A stretch of 53,495 nt of DNA, counting the filler, from Jimgerdemannia flammicorona (taxonomy: Eukaryota): NCBI GenBank assembly GCA_003990765.1. It is 2 parts of 2 records of this genome, joined end to end, with 100 filler letters (N's around TTAATTAATTAA, not from the genome) between each part and the next. Parts side by side here need not be neighbours in the genome. Positions count along the whole stretch, not along the records: positions 26,807 to 53,495 come from RBNJ01000705.1; 1 more part is not named here. One strand, 5' to 3'. The notes under the pieces are model-generated. The model did no database searches and was not told the origin of the DNA. It saw only the letters and a program-made list of their open reading frames with translations. The translations under genes were made by a program, and so were the position numbers. Shown piece after piece: positions 38,036 through 50,511 of this stretch; position 1 is the stretch's first letter; every line of letters starts with the position of its first letter.

Positions 38036-38421
38036 GGGTTGGCGTCCTTTTTTTTGTTTGTGCCCGACCCCAATCCATCAACGTCCCCCTTTGTCTTGTG
38101 CATAAATACTCTACTCTGGGGAGCGTTCGTCCGCTGCGGTGGCCAGCGAGCGAGCGCCAAGTGCCTGGTGGCCTGGCGACCCTGGTGAGCGGTGAGCGTG
38201 AGCGATGTGCAACGATTTATATATATAGTATAAAAATAAATATAACAATGCGCTCCGAGGTCCTTCCTTGGGCTTTGCTGCATGTAGCTATCTTTAGGGC
38301 GTTAGGATCTTGGAGCCACCGGTGCACCACCTATCGGAAATGTGATTTAGTAACGCCAATCCTGTCTGAGCCATCCATGCTGCACAGCCCCTACTCCGGC
38401 GCCAAAATGCTCAAGAGAGGG

Positions 38422-38453
<32 letters not shown>

Positions 38454-38778
38454 CGGCCAAAATCTCAACATAACCCTGACCTAACTCCGCCGGAATTAAA
38501 AAAGGCATATTTCCATTTATCCGAAATATGGGGTATGCTAAAACAAACCCAATGCTGATCTCCAAAATAACCGTCGCATTTTAAATAAACATCCGCCTTC
38601 TTGGCTAAGAGTCCTTTACGAAGTTCTTCGATTTGCTCGCGTTCGAACCCCCTTTTTTATGTGGTAGGCCCTTGACGTCACTGCCTTAGAGGCGCCCTCG
38701 ACGGCAGCCTCACGTGATTAGCACCGGCATCGCGTCAAAAGGAAGGATCTGCGTTTACAATCAAACTCACTTCCCACC

Positions 38779-40511
38779 ATGAAACAGACCGAAAAATACA
38801 CACGGATATATCTAAACACAGCCCCTCCTTTCGTCTCCTACATCGGCTTGCCATGGAGCGCCTTCGATCTAAAAGTGAAGGGCCACGTGAACAGGAACAT
38901 AAAATTTCTCCAAAAGTACCTCACCGAGCCCTCCTCCCCGCTTGTCGCCCTCTTCACACCAGAGTGGACCGCCAAGGTCGCGGAAACCGTACAGACTCTC
39001 TCCAAAAAGAGGCGAAACATCTTCAGACCGTTCCCGAAAAACCTCGATTTCACGCACTGTCTCCCGCCGGCGGCCCGGCAGAACCAGAGGCCGGATGTGA
39101 TGGATAGACTCTCAGTCGGCGCCTCCGTCAATTTCCACCTCTCCGATCTCAACCCCGATGACTCTAGCAGACCTGCAATTCTGTGCATCTCGGCATACGA
39201 TAGTGTTGACAAGGCGCGCGTTGCTCCCTACGACATGATTTTCGGAGGAATCGCTGCAGTACCCGTGAGGAAAGAGTTCAAGCGAGACCCGCGGAGATTC
39301 TATGGGATGGAGAGGGTCGAAAATGATCGTTTGAGGGTGTGGAGGAAGAATGGGACAGATGGCGAGGCTCGGGTAAATGGGAGGCTGACCCAGGATTTCC
39401 CGCCCGACATTCTTTATGTCTTGCTGCGGATGGTGCGTGAGACGAACACGAAAATGGACTTGATACCAATGTTGCTCTGGTGCCGACTTGTCAATTGGAA
39501 CTGGTATGCTGTTCTCCAAGCACATGTGGAAATAATTGAATCTTTCCCACCCGTGTCATCATCTCTCTTTCTCCTTTCCTCCCACTCCTCAGGCACGACA
39601 TCGCCACCGAGCTCGCCATCGCTGACCTTACCCTCACGCGCGACAAGATTCCTCGTTTCTTCACCGGTCCCACGTCCAACCTCTACCGTCATGTCCGCCA
39701 CATCCACGTCCACACCCGCCTCCCCGAGCCTGGTGCGCTCGGCTCCAAAGACTCCCACCGGTGTTATCACTCCCACGAGCTCCAGATTCTTGACCTCCTT
39801 AACCATGCGCCCAAGCTACGCGAAGTCGAAATGCTCCAGGCTCCATCTGATAACCTCCCAGAGCTCCACCTCGTCTGCTGCCGTGAGGTAGCGCGCGTCG
39901 TGGCGCGTGTCGTCGGGTGGATGGGGTCCACCCCATCCGCTACGACAGATGCGCTCGAGCCGCACCTCATCCACACGCTCGACCTTTGCACGTCGGAGCT
40001 GTACCGCCTGGCCTCCGAGCACGCGTCTTCTCCCCGTGCAGCACGTTACTGGCATCGTTACGGAGGGACGGAGCGATCGGCGTACGACCGCATACTTCAC
40101 GAGCAATGGTCTCGGACGCCCATGCTATTCTTCTGTCTGTCTGCACCCTCAATAAGGATTATGGAGGCTATCGGGCGCGCCTTGCAGGTATTCGTGAGCG
40201 TACACGCACTTGTCGAGCCCCAGCCCACAGATCGTGACGACGAGGACGCAGAATGGACGCATCGCCCCGTGACGCCTACAGTCACGTTCGTGACGTGGAA
40301 TGGGTGGAAAATCGAGGAGGCTGTGGCCTGGGTGAAGGGGATGAGTTCGTGGGTGGTGGAGTGGTGGCCCCCGGGGACGATCGTATTGGTGAGTGGATGG
40401 GGTGCAAGGGGAGAATGTGCGGGGTTGGAATGGATTGTCGGCTGCAATTGGTCCCAGAGGTGGGATGGAGCGAAGGGAAAAGCGGTGTGCAGGTTCGAGG
40501 AGATGGGTTGA
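38779..40511 (+). CDS. Two-exon hypothetical protein (547 aa) with a central F-box-like motif
   Basis: An intron at 39504-39592 (GTATGC, pyrimidine tract, CAG) joins the 370-aa and 226-aa ORFs in frame. This gives DFPPDILYVLL...LLWCRLVNWNWHDIATEL and later NLYRHVRHI. Confidence 0.75.
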
Positions 40512-42880
40512 TGGAGTGGAGGCTGTCGGTGGACTGAGATGACATGCATACGAAGGTGATTATGGTGTTTGTAATGTATAAAGAGCGTTGGGATGAGGCG
40601 TTGTATTCGGGTGACAACCAGAATTGTAGCATCGTATTTTGACCCGAAGGCCGTTAATGGTGAATGTAATAGATAACCATAGTATTATTCTCATGAAGAC
40701 CCATCGCCAGAGAGAGCTGGCATATTAGTCTTACTTTTTTTATTACACGCATTTCTTCTTTCTCACTTTTTTTTTTTTTTTTTTTTTTTTTTATGTCTTT
40801 ATTTTTCAATAAACGGCATTCCGCTCACGTGAGATTTCCTTGCAAGTCAGCACAGATAATGTCTCCTCACCACTCATCAAATGCTTACAGTGATCGAGTT
40901 GGACTCCATTCAGGAGCCTGAAATATCGTCGTGGTTGGTTGGGTCGATGATAACTGCCCACGTCCAAAGTTCTAAAATTACATGGCCAGGTTGAACATGA
41001 GGAACGAGAGCCGAGAGCATCGCAAAAAAAGAAATCGGCGTTCATCATGCACCTCCTTTCCACATCCTTTGTGAAACTCATTGACCAAAATCTCCGCCTC
41101 AATGCACTCAAGCCGGAAAGATGATCCGGCGCATCGTGGTGTAATACGTTCGGGTCATGTGTTTGCTTGCTCACCCTCCCCCAAATAGCAACCCGGACAA
41201 GTGCGTGAACTTAACTTTTTCTGAGGTCGATCGACGATTGCGATGGGAAGGTGTGGGTCAGTTACTGGAGGATTGCCTTCGTAGGGAATTTAATATAATA
41301 CGTTTGCTTCAACCCTTTCATAGTGTAAGCAAGCCAAGAGTGTTCCGAAATATCTATGCCAATATCGAGCTATGCCGATGCCATTTCGAAAGCACCACAA
41401 CCCGGGGTTGCGGCTCTAATGCACCTGTTCGATCGGCCATGTGAGGACGTTGCAGCGGAAAATATGGGCGGCACCAACGCGTGGAATGTCGTAATGTGCC
41501 ATCATCTGAGAAACGCCACGAATATACGAGCGTATGCAAAATCTAATCCAACTTTTCGGCAACCGATGCTTCCTCCAGTATACAGGCCGGCACAAAAAGG
41601 AATCTACGCCTTATTCGTGGCGAACAGATTTCCTTGCTCGCATATCATGATCAAGCAATTGGGCCGACTGGCGACCGCATGGTTGCCCATAATTCAAACC
41701 AGCTGTCGAAGATCACAAAAGAAGGCAGCGATCGGCTAGGGTAGAGAATATGCCAAAGCTTGAAGCGAAATGTTCAATCATCTCATGAAGAACTCAAGCT
41801 GTACGATTGACCATTCTGGGTTATAACATTCGATAGAATCATGGTCGCGTACCGTTCTTGTACTTTTAGCCGTTGGCATCGTCTATATGTCTCCCTTGGC
41901 TCGCATCCGTACAAAGGCGTCAACGCGAGTAATCTCATCAAGCCAAGCACAAGTCTATCAACATTCTATACTTGGCAATTTGAGGCGCTTGCTATACATT
42001 TGTTTGTAAAGTGCAAGGAGATAGAGAGATATACTGGACATGGTAGAGGGCTCAGATATTTCATTTGTGAGCCAAACTTACAAATGCCGGGTTCACGCAC
42101 ACCAATCGATCATTTGTCACCTTAACCTTCACGGGGAAAGGATAAAAAAGATGATCGCCATTGTCATGTGCCTACCTCCGTTAAAGTTGTCTCGGCTATA
42201 ATTATATTACTAGCATGAATAAGGTGACTCGCGATAGCTAGGATGTATATCCAGGGCAATTTGTAACTAAGCACATGACAGTGCTGTGCCTTTATATCAA
42301 TTTAGAGTATATAATTACCTAAAGCAGAGCTAATCTCATTGAAGCACCAAATGGTTGGCACTTATCAAGAATATGTCCGAACAGACGCAGTTGGTGAACT
42401 ATGAGTATCGCTTCATACAAGGGGGTTTTTTTTTTTTTTTCATATATCAGTCATCTTAGTAACGTTTACAAGGTACTCATGATCTCGACTATGGTAATAT
42501 GAACTGTCCCCAATCGTATTTTTACGGGAATATAATTTTCCGTGTCGATGATTGAATGCAAGCATACAATCGTCTCGAAATTTCCCCCTTTCCGTATGCT
42601 CAATTCATATAAACTTACTCTTTTTTTTTTTATTTTATTTTATTTTTTTTTGGGGGGGGGGGAGGGTAAACGTTATGATACTTATATTGATCGTGCCCCT
42701 TGACGACAAAAAAAGCCACAGGTTTCCTAACGAATGCCAAGGAATAGGAGTTTCTACGTGATACGAGCCGGAATGCAAAGCCGAATCCGACGTGGGTTTT
42801 ATGGGCCCCGCTCTCGCAAATTCATGACTTACAACGCCATCCTTCCGAGCGTTCCTTGAAACCGTCAATCGTGTCAGATC

Positions 42881-43812
42881 ATGTCGTCCTCGGTAAACCT
42901 CCCCGAGGGGTTCAGGCTGGTCCGTGACCGCATATTCAACACAAACTGATTACTTGCTCCCGAACGATGACAAGGAGGTAATGTATATCCTCTCTTTCTC
43001 TCTCTTGGTGTTCTAGCGGCAGAGAGGGAGGGGTTTTTTTTCCGGTTGACTGGTGTTCACAATCATTTCGTTGAAAGGCATGTAGACTCGAGATGCAGCA
43101 TTACGTTTTGAGGTGAGTTTGCGTGTGGTAGCTTGTATTCCGTGGCTGCGGGAAGGACAACGACAGAAATCTTGTTGCTTATCGAATTCTCGGTTCGATT
43201 CCAACAGAAATTTCGCACACGGTAGCTTCCAGGCTCCCGTGGAGGAGTTGCTTCTGCAAGGATGCAAGGTTTTGGATGGTACTTTTTTCTATTTTTATTT
43301 ATTTATTTATTTATTTATTTATATGCTCGCGACTATGCCATTTCTCATGAACACGTCGATTCTACAGTTGGCTGTGGGGCCGGAAGCTGGCTTTTGGATA
43401 TGGCCAGGTCGTATCCTCTCTCCATGTTCGTCGGAACGGACATCACAGATGTGGTCTTCCCCGACCCAGACATCATACCGCCCAATTGTGCGTTTCTCAA
43501 GGCGAACACGGTGACGAAACTACCATTCGGCGACTCGAGCTTTGACTTTGTACATCAACGCCTTATGGTTCTGGGCTTCACGCCGGACGACTGGACCACC
43601 GCCATGCGGGAGGTGGCTCGTGTGACCAAACCGGGAGGATGGGTGGAGCTGTTTGAGTACGATAACAGGTTTCAGCGAGCCCCATGCTTTTGGCCATCAT
43701 GAACATCTCCATGAAAGAGTACGAGGAGCTAGTAGGCGCCGTTGTTGAGGATTGGAAGACACAAAAAACCTGGCACAAAGCCCCTTTCGTCTATGGTAGA
43801 AAGCCCTTGTAA
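42881..43812 (+). pseudogene. Class I SAM-dependent methyltransferase (LaeA-like/Methyltransf_25 type), probably a pseudogene
   Basis: YLLPNDDKE, LEMQHY, KVLDVGCGAGSW, LPFGDSSFDFVHQR, RVTKPGGWVELFE and the C-terminus VYGRKPL*. Frameshift at ~42947 and a frameshifting internal deletion at ~43680. Confidence 0.8.
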
Positions 43813-44627
43813 TCAAAAGGACCAAAAAAGCCTAATATGTCCCGACTTGTATTGGTTCTCTTGGAATTTATTATTTTCTTTATGTCAAATCACACGTGCA
43901 TGTAAGGATGTGGCGAATACAATATACCCTAGAATAGTTTATTTGCTCGAAAAAGGAAGCCATTGCACGGGCAGAATGATGCGACGCATTGCATCGTTGT
44001 CTTAGGAACAAATCAATATATATTCCAGGGCCTGGAATGTGCATTGCCCAATGGTGATTAGGCTTTGGAGGTGTATGAATTCGAAGAGTACATGTTAGCG
44101 GAAATCCTGGGTTGTATTGTAACACTAGTCATAGAGTTCTGGGTGGAAATTGATGCGTAATGCACAGCTCTTAGCCAAAGTTCCTTCAGATTCTGGGATG
44201 CAAGACTTCGCCAATCGTGAAAGGTCGTTGTCATCATTTCTCCCAAGTATATACATATCTGTCAACAAACAATGAGTGCCATCATTAAGGGTCGTCGATT
44301 GGGCGTATCGTAATTATGATTAGTCCATTCCGCACGATGACGCGGAGCCCGGACAAGGCACAGAATCACAAGTAGCTAGGAAGGTGTGGGTAGTAAATAG
44401 ATTGCATGGGGCATGGTGCTCGTTGCTATAATACAGTGGTAATTGCAATTGCAAGTATAAACCGAGGCGAAAATCACTCAAATAGTCAAAGCAGGAAGAA
44501 GAAAGCAGGTTTAGATTACAATGAATATTATATTTCGCATTTGATACTCGATGCATTAAATACTTCTACTTAGCGGGCTCACATTCCAACAGGCTACAAG
44601 CTACAACGGTATTCCCACCCAACTTCC

Positions 44628-47600
44628 CTACAACACAGTCGGCAATCGCCGCACCTTGGCCATTTCATCCTTTTTCTCTTCGCTCTCCGGCTTAATCACC
44701 GAAGACAGGGAAGCTTCCGACGACTTTATCGGCGACGGCGCTGTCAACGAGATGGGCGGAGGGTCCTTGGTCGATCCCTTTAAGCCGTTCATGGACGCCG
44801 GGGATCGCAGGCCTGCTGGCAAAGCCGACGCTGATGGGAGCCGTGGGATGGAAGGGGGCGGAGGGATCTCGGAGACCGGTTTCACCCATTTATCTTATGA
44901 TCACAACAGGGGAGGGGTTAATGTGGAATTGCGAAAAAGGTTCAACATTGGCTAATATCGTATTGCTGTGGGCGACGAACATACCTGGTACTGACAAGAA
45001 ATACTGCTCCATTGCGTCTCTAAATCTCGCCTTGTACTGCTCCGGTGGCAGGACCGTCACTTCTTTGTGTGGCTTTAGTGTGGACTTGCTTTTCGACTCA
45101 ATTTTTTTGTACCATGTGAAGGCACCGATGAAATCTAATCAACGTTCACATATCCACGAGTCAAATATAACTGGCAATCCAAAGCGTCGTACGAGTTACA
45201 GAACCGCGAACATACCGACGATCCCGACAACCAACTCCTTCTGCTCGTCATCGACGCCGACCAATAAAGAGTAGTCCATGATGTTCGCATTAGCGAGGAA
45301 TTGTGTATCGTTGCGGATCGACTCGCGGATGATTCGTTTAGAGTGGGAATGGATCAAGAGCAACGTTTTATATCGACCTGGGGAGATAATTAGCATTCGA
45401 AGACATTAATATATATATATTAGAAGGCGAATTATTCATAAATATAAGATCAGATTCACTCGCTTGTCGCCACAAAAAAAAAAAAAAAAAAAAAAAGCTC
45501 TAAAGGATTTACCTTCAACCCAATCCCCATCCCACAACGTTGTATCATTTTGTTGCACCTTGGTTTCCTTCACGTGCCGATCCTGGATGCCCTTGAGATC
45601 GAATTTCTGGAATGCAATAATAAATAACCACCGGTAAATAACGTAAAAATAAAAGAACCAAATTTGACTATCCATTAGAATAACACAAAATATACTGAAT
45701 AGGGCGCATACCCTCGTGATTGTCTGTCCGAAGAACAAGTGCTCCATGACCAACACGTCCATCTTCATGGCGGTTTGGTTGTTGGCTAGGTTCTTCATCT
45801 TGATGGTGTAAAAGCCAAAGATCTTGGCCAACAACGTCGGCGACTGGAATTGAACGTTTTTAAGGGAAGAGCGGATGAATCAACCCATGTGTGAGTAAGA
45901 CTAACTCTCCAATCTTTACATGTCAACGTGAGACATCCAAACCTAGCGAATCCCTCACTCATAATTCAAAACAAGCTTCCATACCTCAACCGACTGATCC
46001 ATATAGTCAAAGTACTTTGGCGCAAACTTGAGCAACGCGTCTTTCTCGGCAATATTCCACGACGACACCATCTGCTTCAACACTAGCCTATCATCTGTAA
46101 AAAGAAAAATTAAAAATTAAAAATAACACCCACCAATTCGTTATTAACATCCAGCCACTCATCATCGTCCGCAACCTGAACCCCACCACACTCTCTCAAA
46201 CCACAAACCTTTCGTCTTAAAGAAGTTGCTCTTGCTTTTTCCGCCACTCACGTTCCAGGTGGCGCACCGACTAAGCGACTGTAAGCACAGCTTGTCTATC
46301 CCGCATTTGCGCCTTAAAGCGTCGAACTGCGCGGCGAAGTAAATCGTGCACGTGAACCGGGAATTGCTGTGCGTGAACTCTGCGAGCAAGCACGGCGTAT
46401 GAGTCAAACGTCAGGCAAAGCGCGACGACACGGACACAATTAGGCACGCCCTCTCAAAACGAAACTAAAGAAGTTTCTCGCCCAACCCGCACTCCACAAC
46501 GTACCATATTTAACATGCGGATTCTTCCCACCTAACCCAGGTCCCGGAGCGTCTTCAGTATGCGCGGGCGAATCTGTTATACTACCACCCAAGAGCCCTG
46601 GCGTGGCGACCGAATGCGGCATACCTTCCTCGCCCTCACGCGGTAACCCGCCGGCTTCCTCAGTCTCCGAACCCTTAGCCCACCCATTCGCGTTCCCGTT
46701 CCCATTTAAGCTGCTGTTCTTCGACGCGGGCGCCGAACTCGAAGGCGATGGCTTCCTCGAGCTCGCTGCGCCGAATGATCCCAGGCCGGCGAGGCCCTTT
46801 AGATTTCCGGAGAGTGATGTTCCAAACGTCTGGGCGGCGTGGGCCGTTACGGCGTCGCGGTCCGTGATGCGGTGGATGGTGGTGTAGTACTCGTCGAGTA
46901 CGAGGTACCCGTCGTCGGGGTCTGAGTCTTCGGCGTCGAGGCCCGGAAACTGGGTGCCTGGGATGAGGTTACGGAGGGAATGAGCGGGGGAGGGACGGGT
47001 GGTTGGGAAGTAGTCGTGCGCGCCTGGGGTGGAGGATGGGGAGCCAACGTGTTGGAGCTGCACAAGTTCTTTGAGGTAGTCTTTGGAACTGGGGATAGAT
47101 GCGGCGGGTGGTGTGGGTTATCAATCTTGATCGTGTGTTGTTATGGGAAAGGTATATCAGGAATGTACTTGAAATTCGAATGATGTACAGATACACTACC
47201 TTAGTGCATAGGCAATAATGGAACTTGGCTCATCCTCTCTCACAATAATTGACGACCCAGGGAACAGATGAAGCTTCTTATTGCTTTATTTTGAAAAAAA
47301 AAAATGCGAACAGAGAAAGAGACGCACATTGAGATTCAAGACCGAGCAAAAAAACAATCACATTCTATTAGCAGATGACGAATCATCATCATCGACACCA
47401 AGCGAACTTGGAACCCTCGAATCGACTGCCAGACCCAATATCACTTCTCCGTCTAACCCAGAGGTCCCAATTCTCAAACTACCCTAACCGAAAGCAAAGG
47501 TACTTACGTGACATACTCGGGCACGACCCACGGACACTCAGCATCGAGCTCAGGGCATTTTTCCGCCTGCCACGCCTTGATCTGGTCCTTTGTAGCCTCG

Positions 47601-50511
47601 ACCTTCTTCGCGAACGTCCTTCTGGCATCGTTGAGGCACTCACCAGTCGATCGTATGAGTGTCTCGTCGAGCGCGTCTCTCTCCCTCCCAAACTCATCCG
47701 CCATCCTCTCGAGCTGCAACCTGCGCTCTGACGACACGCTCGTCACCTCCACCTCCTCTCCCAGTTCGGCGTTCCTAACCGCACCGGTGTTCAGCGACGT
47801 GCCGCTCGTCCTTGCCATCCTATTCTCCGTCCCATCGACATGGCTCGCGAGGAACTTCTCTTCGGACACGACGTACCCATCGAGCATAGCGATATGTCTG
47901 TCCAGCGACCTATAAAAATGCGTGATCTCCTTCCTAGTTGCATTCGTCGCTTCCTCCCTCTCCTCCTCCTCTGTGACCCCCTCAACCGGTACCCCATCCT
48001 CCCCCAGGACAACCTCGCCGGGAGTCCTCACACCAGCCGCGACACTCTCCAACGCACCTTTAGCAACACCGCCCTTTGTATCCTCATTGGGGACGCACTG
48101 CAGCCTTGGCACACGCATCTCGAATAAATCAACGCGCTCGCACTCGAACCACACCACGAGTCCGTTGCGCTGAAAACACCGGACCACGTTCTCCACTCCG
48201 GCCGTGGGTGAGACGTGCTCGCAAAGTGGTTCGTGTGGTATGAATCGTGGATTATAGAGAAGGAGCTCGAGGTACTTTCCGAACGAGTACCTATATGTGG
48301 CATCGGACATGCGTAGAGGGAACGTTCGAGCCTGGCACAACTTGCACTCAGTCCACATGACAATAACGTCTCTAAGCTCTTGCAGGGCCTTATCGGCATC
48401 GTTATCCCGGGCGCCTAAGGCCTCGTCGACGATAGCGTTGACGCGTCCGGACCCATGTGTGAACGTCATGATGTGACGGATGCGGTCTCGGCCGCACCCT
48501 TTTTGCAGTCCCTCGCCTTCGCATTTCTGGTATGCACCCTCGCACCAGAACTCGATAATCTCGCCGAGCATGCGGTCGGCGTGAGAGGAGGAGCGGGGGT
48601 GGAAGCGGTAGAAGTCTAACGTGACGACCCGGGGCCCTTCGCATGCGATTGGATTCTTCGGATCAAGGAAGGATGAATAAGAGTACGAGAAGGATTGGTA
48701 TTGGATTAGGCCGTCGACGGTACGGGTATTCATCGTGAGGTGGGAGAGACCCGTCTTCGCGTCGAGAATGTTTGTATTGTTTGCACGGAGGGTCGAATAT
48801 GCGAGAATATGCTGTGGGAGAGAAGAGGGGCGCGAGAGCGGGGTATTTGGCAAGCGGGTCGAGTTCCATGGTGTGGCTGACGCGAAGTCGGCATTATTGG
48901 CCAGGTCCGGCGAGTACAGGGCGCGGATGTTCCGCTCCTCGGATATTAAGGTGTGCGACAAGTTCTCTCCGAATCTATTAACGCGGTTCTCCTCCTCCTT
49001 GAGTCTGACGAGCAGATACGGCGGTGGGAACACGACGTCCGGCGATGACGACACGACCGACGACTCCATGTTGCTGATGATGTCTGCGAACCGGTGCGAG
49101 GGCAACCACACGTCCTCGGGCTCCTCCATCGTCAGGCTGTTCAGACTTCGTTGCCCCGGTGTGGCGGGCGGCGTTGGGACCCACGAGCCAGGCAGTCGCT
49201 GCTCCTTGGTGGGGGGGGCCGGCGGAACCGAAGAAATGGGTCGTGCCACCGTGCTCGACTTTGAAAAGGAGAGCCTGTGTGAGAGGTGATTGTTCGGGCT
49301 GGGAGTCGGGTTCTGGCCGAGTCCGGGCGATGAAGAGATGCGCTGGTTCCGCCTCATGATCCAGCCGAAAATTCCTTTGTGGGTGACCTTCTTGGCGAGT
49401 CGAACGGTATTGTGGACCTCCTCGGCCTCGCTCTTGTACTTGTCCTCGGTTTTAGGATCTTGGGTCTCGCGCTTGACGTGATGGTCGCGCATGACAGCCA
49501 TCTCGAGCTTGAGGTTGCAGACCACGAAGATGAGGAGCTCAAAGATGCGCGAGACCTTGACAAGATCGCTCGAGGTGCCTTTCAGAACGATGGTGCCACC
49601 GATGTACCGGTATTTCGTGTGATTGAGGGCGTCTGTGGATGTTAGATTGTGTAAATATTGGTAGGAAATTCAAACTTTCTTTACTTCCCCCATCCTCTCA
49701 CACACATGGCCCTCCTTCCATCTTCTCCACAATACCGCTCATCCCACTCCGTCCCGTCCAAGCCAACACCCACCCTTGGGGAATACCTACCATCCTCGGG
49801 TCTTTGCAATAGCGAGACCCCTGTAAACCGATTATACACGTAATACGACTCATGCGGGTTCGCCATCGGCGATTCTTCTTTCGCGAGCATAATGCAATAC
49901 CTCGGCGGCAATGACACAGGCGACGGCAATGCCACAGACGGCGCCTGCTCCTCAATCTTCTCTGGTTCCGGCGTCAGCGGTGCTGCGATGGCGGACGCCG
50001 GTGTGAGCGCGGAGGAAATGCTGAGTATAGCCTTTGTCGCGCCGATGATCCCAGCGGTTGCAGCTTGGAGGTGCGGGTGGTTACTGGGAGGCTGTGGTGC
50101 ACTCGAGGCGGTTGCTGCCTCGTCGCTCTTAGTGGAAGCCGCGAGCGCGGCAACGGCGCGATCGTGAGTGGCTAAGAGCTCTATGACGGAGGGGATCTGG
50201 TCCGCGACGTCTATTACGATAGTTATGATGACGCGCTCCCAGGGGTCGTGATCGAGGAGGGAATTGTCGAGGGCCTGGCGGAGGAGCGCGCGGAGGTGGG
50301 CGAGGGAGCGGGTGTCAAGGGGAAGGTCGTCAGTAAGAAGCCGGGGGATGACGGGTAGCGAGGGGAGTGGGTGGGAGGGATCGTTCGAGGGGAGGGCGGG
50401 GAGAGGTTTGGTGAAGGAGTGGACGCTGCGGAAGGTGAAGGAGCGCTCACTGGTCGGAGTCGAGGGAAAGGCGCCGGGAAAGGGAGGATTAGTAGTTGCA
50501 AGCGTGGCCAT
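44628..50511 (-). CDS. Fab1/PIKfyve-like phosphatidylinositol-3-phosphate 5-kinase, multi-exon, no FYVE domain seen
   Basis: CCT-end motif GGTIVLKG...NLKLE; Cys-rich region IVMWTECKLC...MSDATYRYSFGKYLELL; kinase motifs GGKSKSNFFKTKDDR, FDLKG, IMDYSLLVGVD and DFIGAFTWYKKIES. The start codon is uncertain. Confidence 0.9.

Noticed and set aside
37624..38484. 286-aa ORF
   Set aside because: Runs through the 31-bp array and a GA microsatellite, and shows no recognisable domain.
39500..39891. Frameshift or overlap between the 370-aa and 226-aa ORFs
   Set aside because: Explained by a canonical 89-nt intron (39504-39592) that also completes the F-box-like motif.
41150..41950. Possible relic of an adenylate-forming enzyme gene (LTFSEVD, AALMHL)
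   Set aside because: The similarity is too faint, and no continuous frame or core motif could be reconstructed by eye.
27916..50511. Functional cluster of CLC and Fab1 (both endolysosomal)
   Set aside because: They are separated by unrelated housekeeping genes, and nothing suggests more than chance without synteny data.
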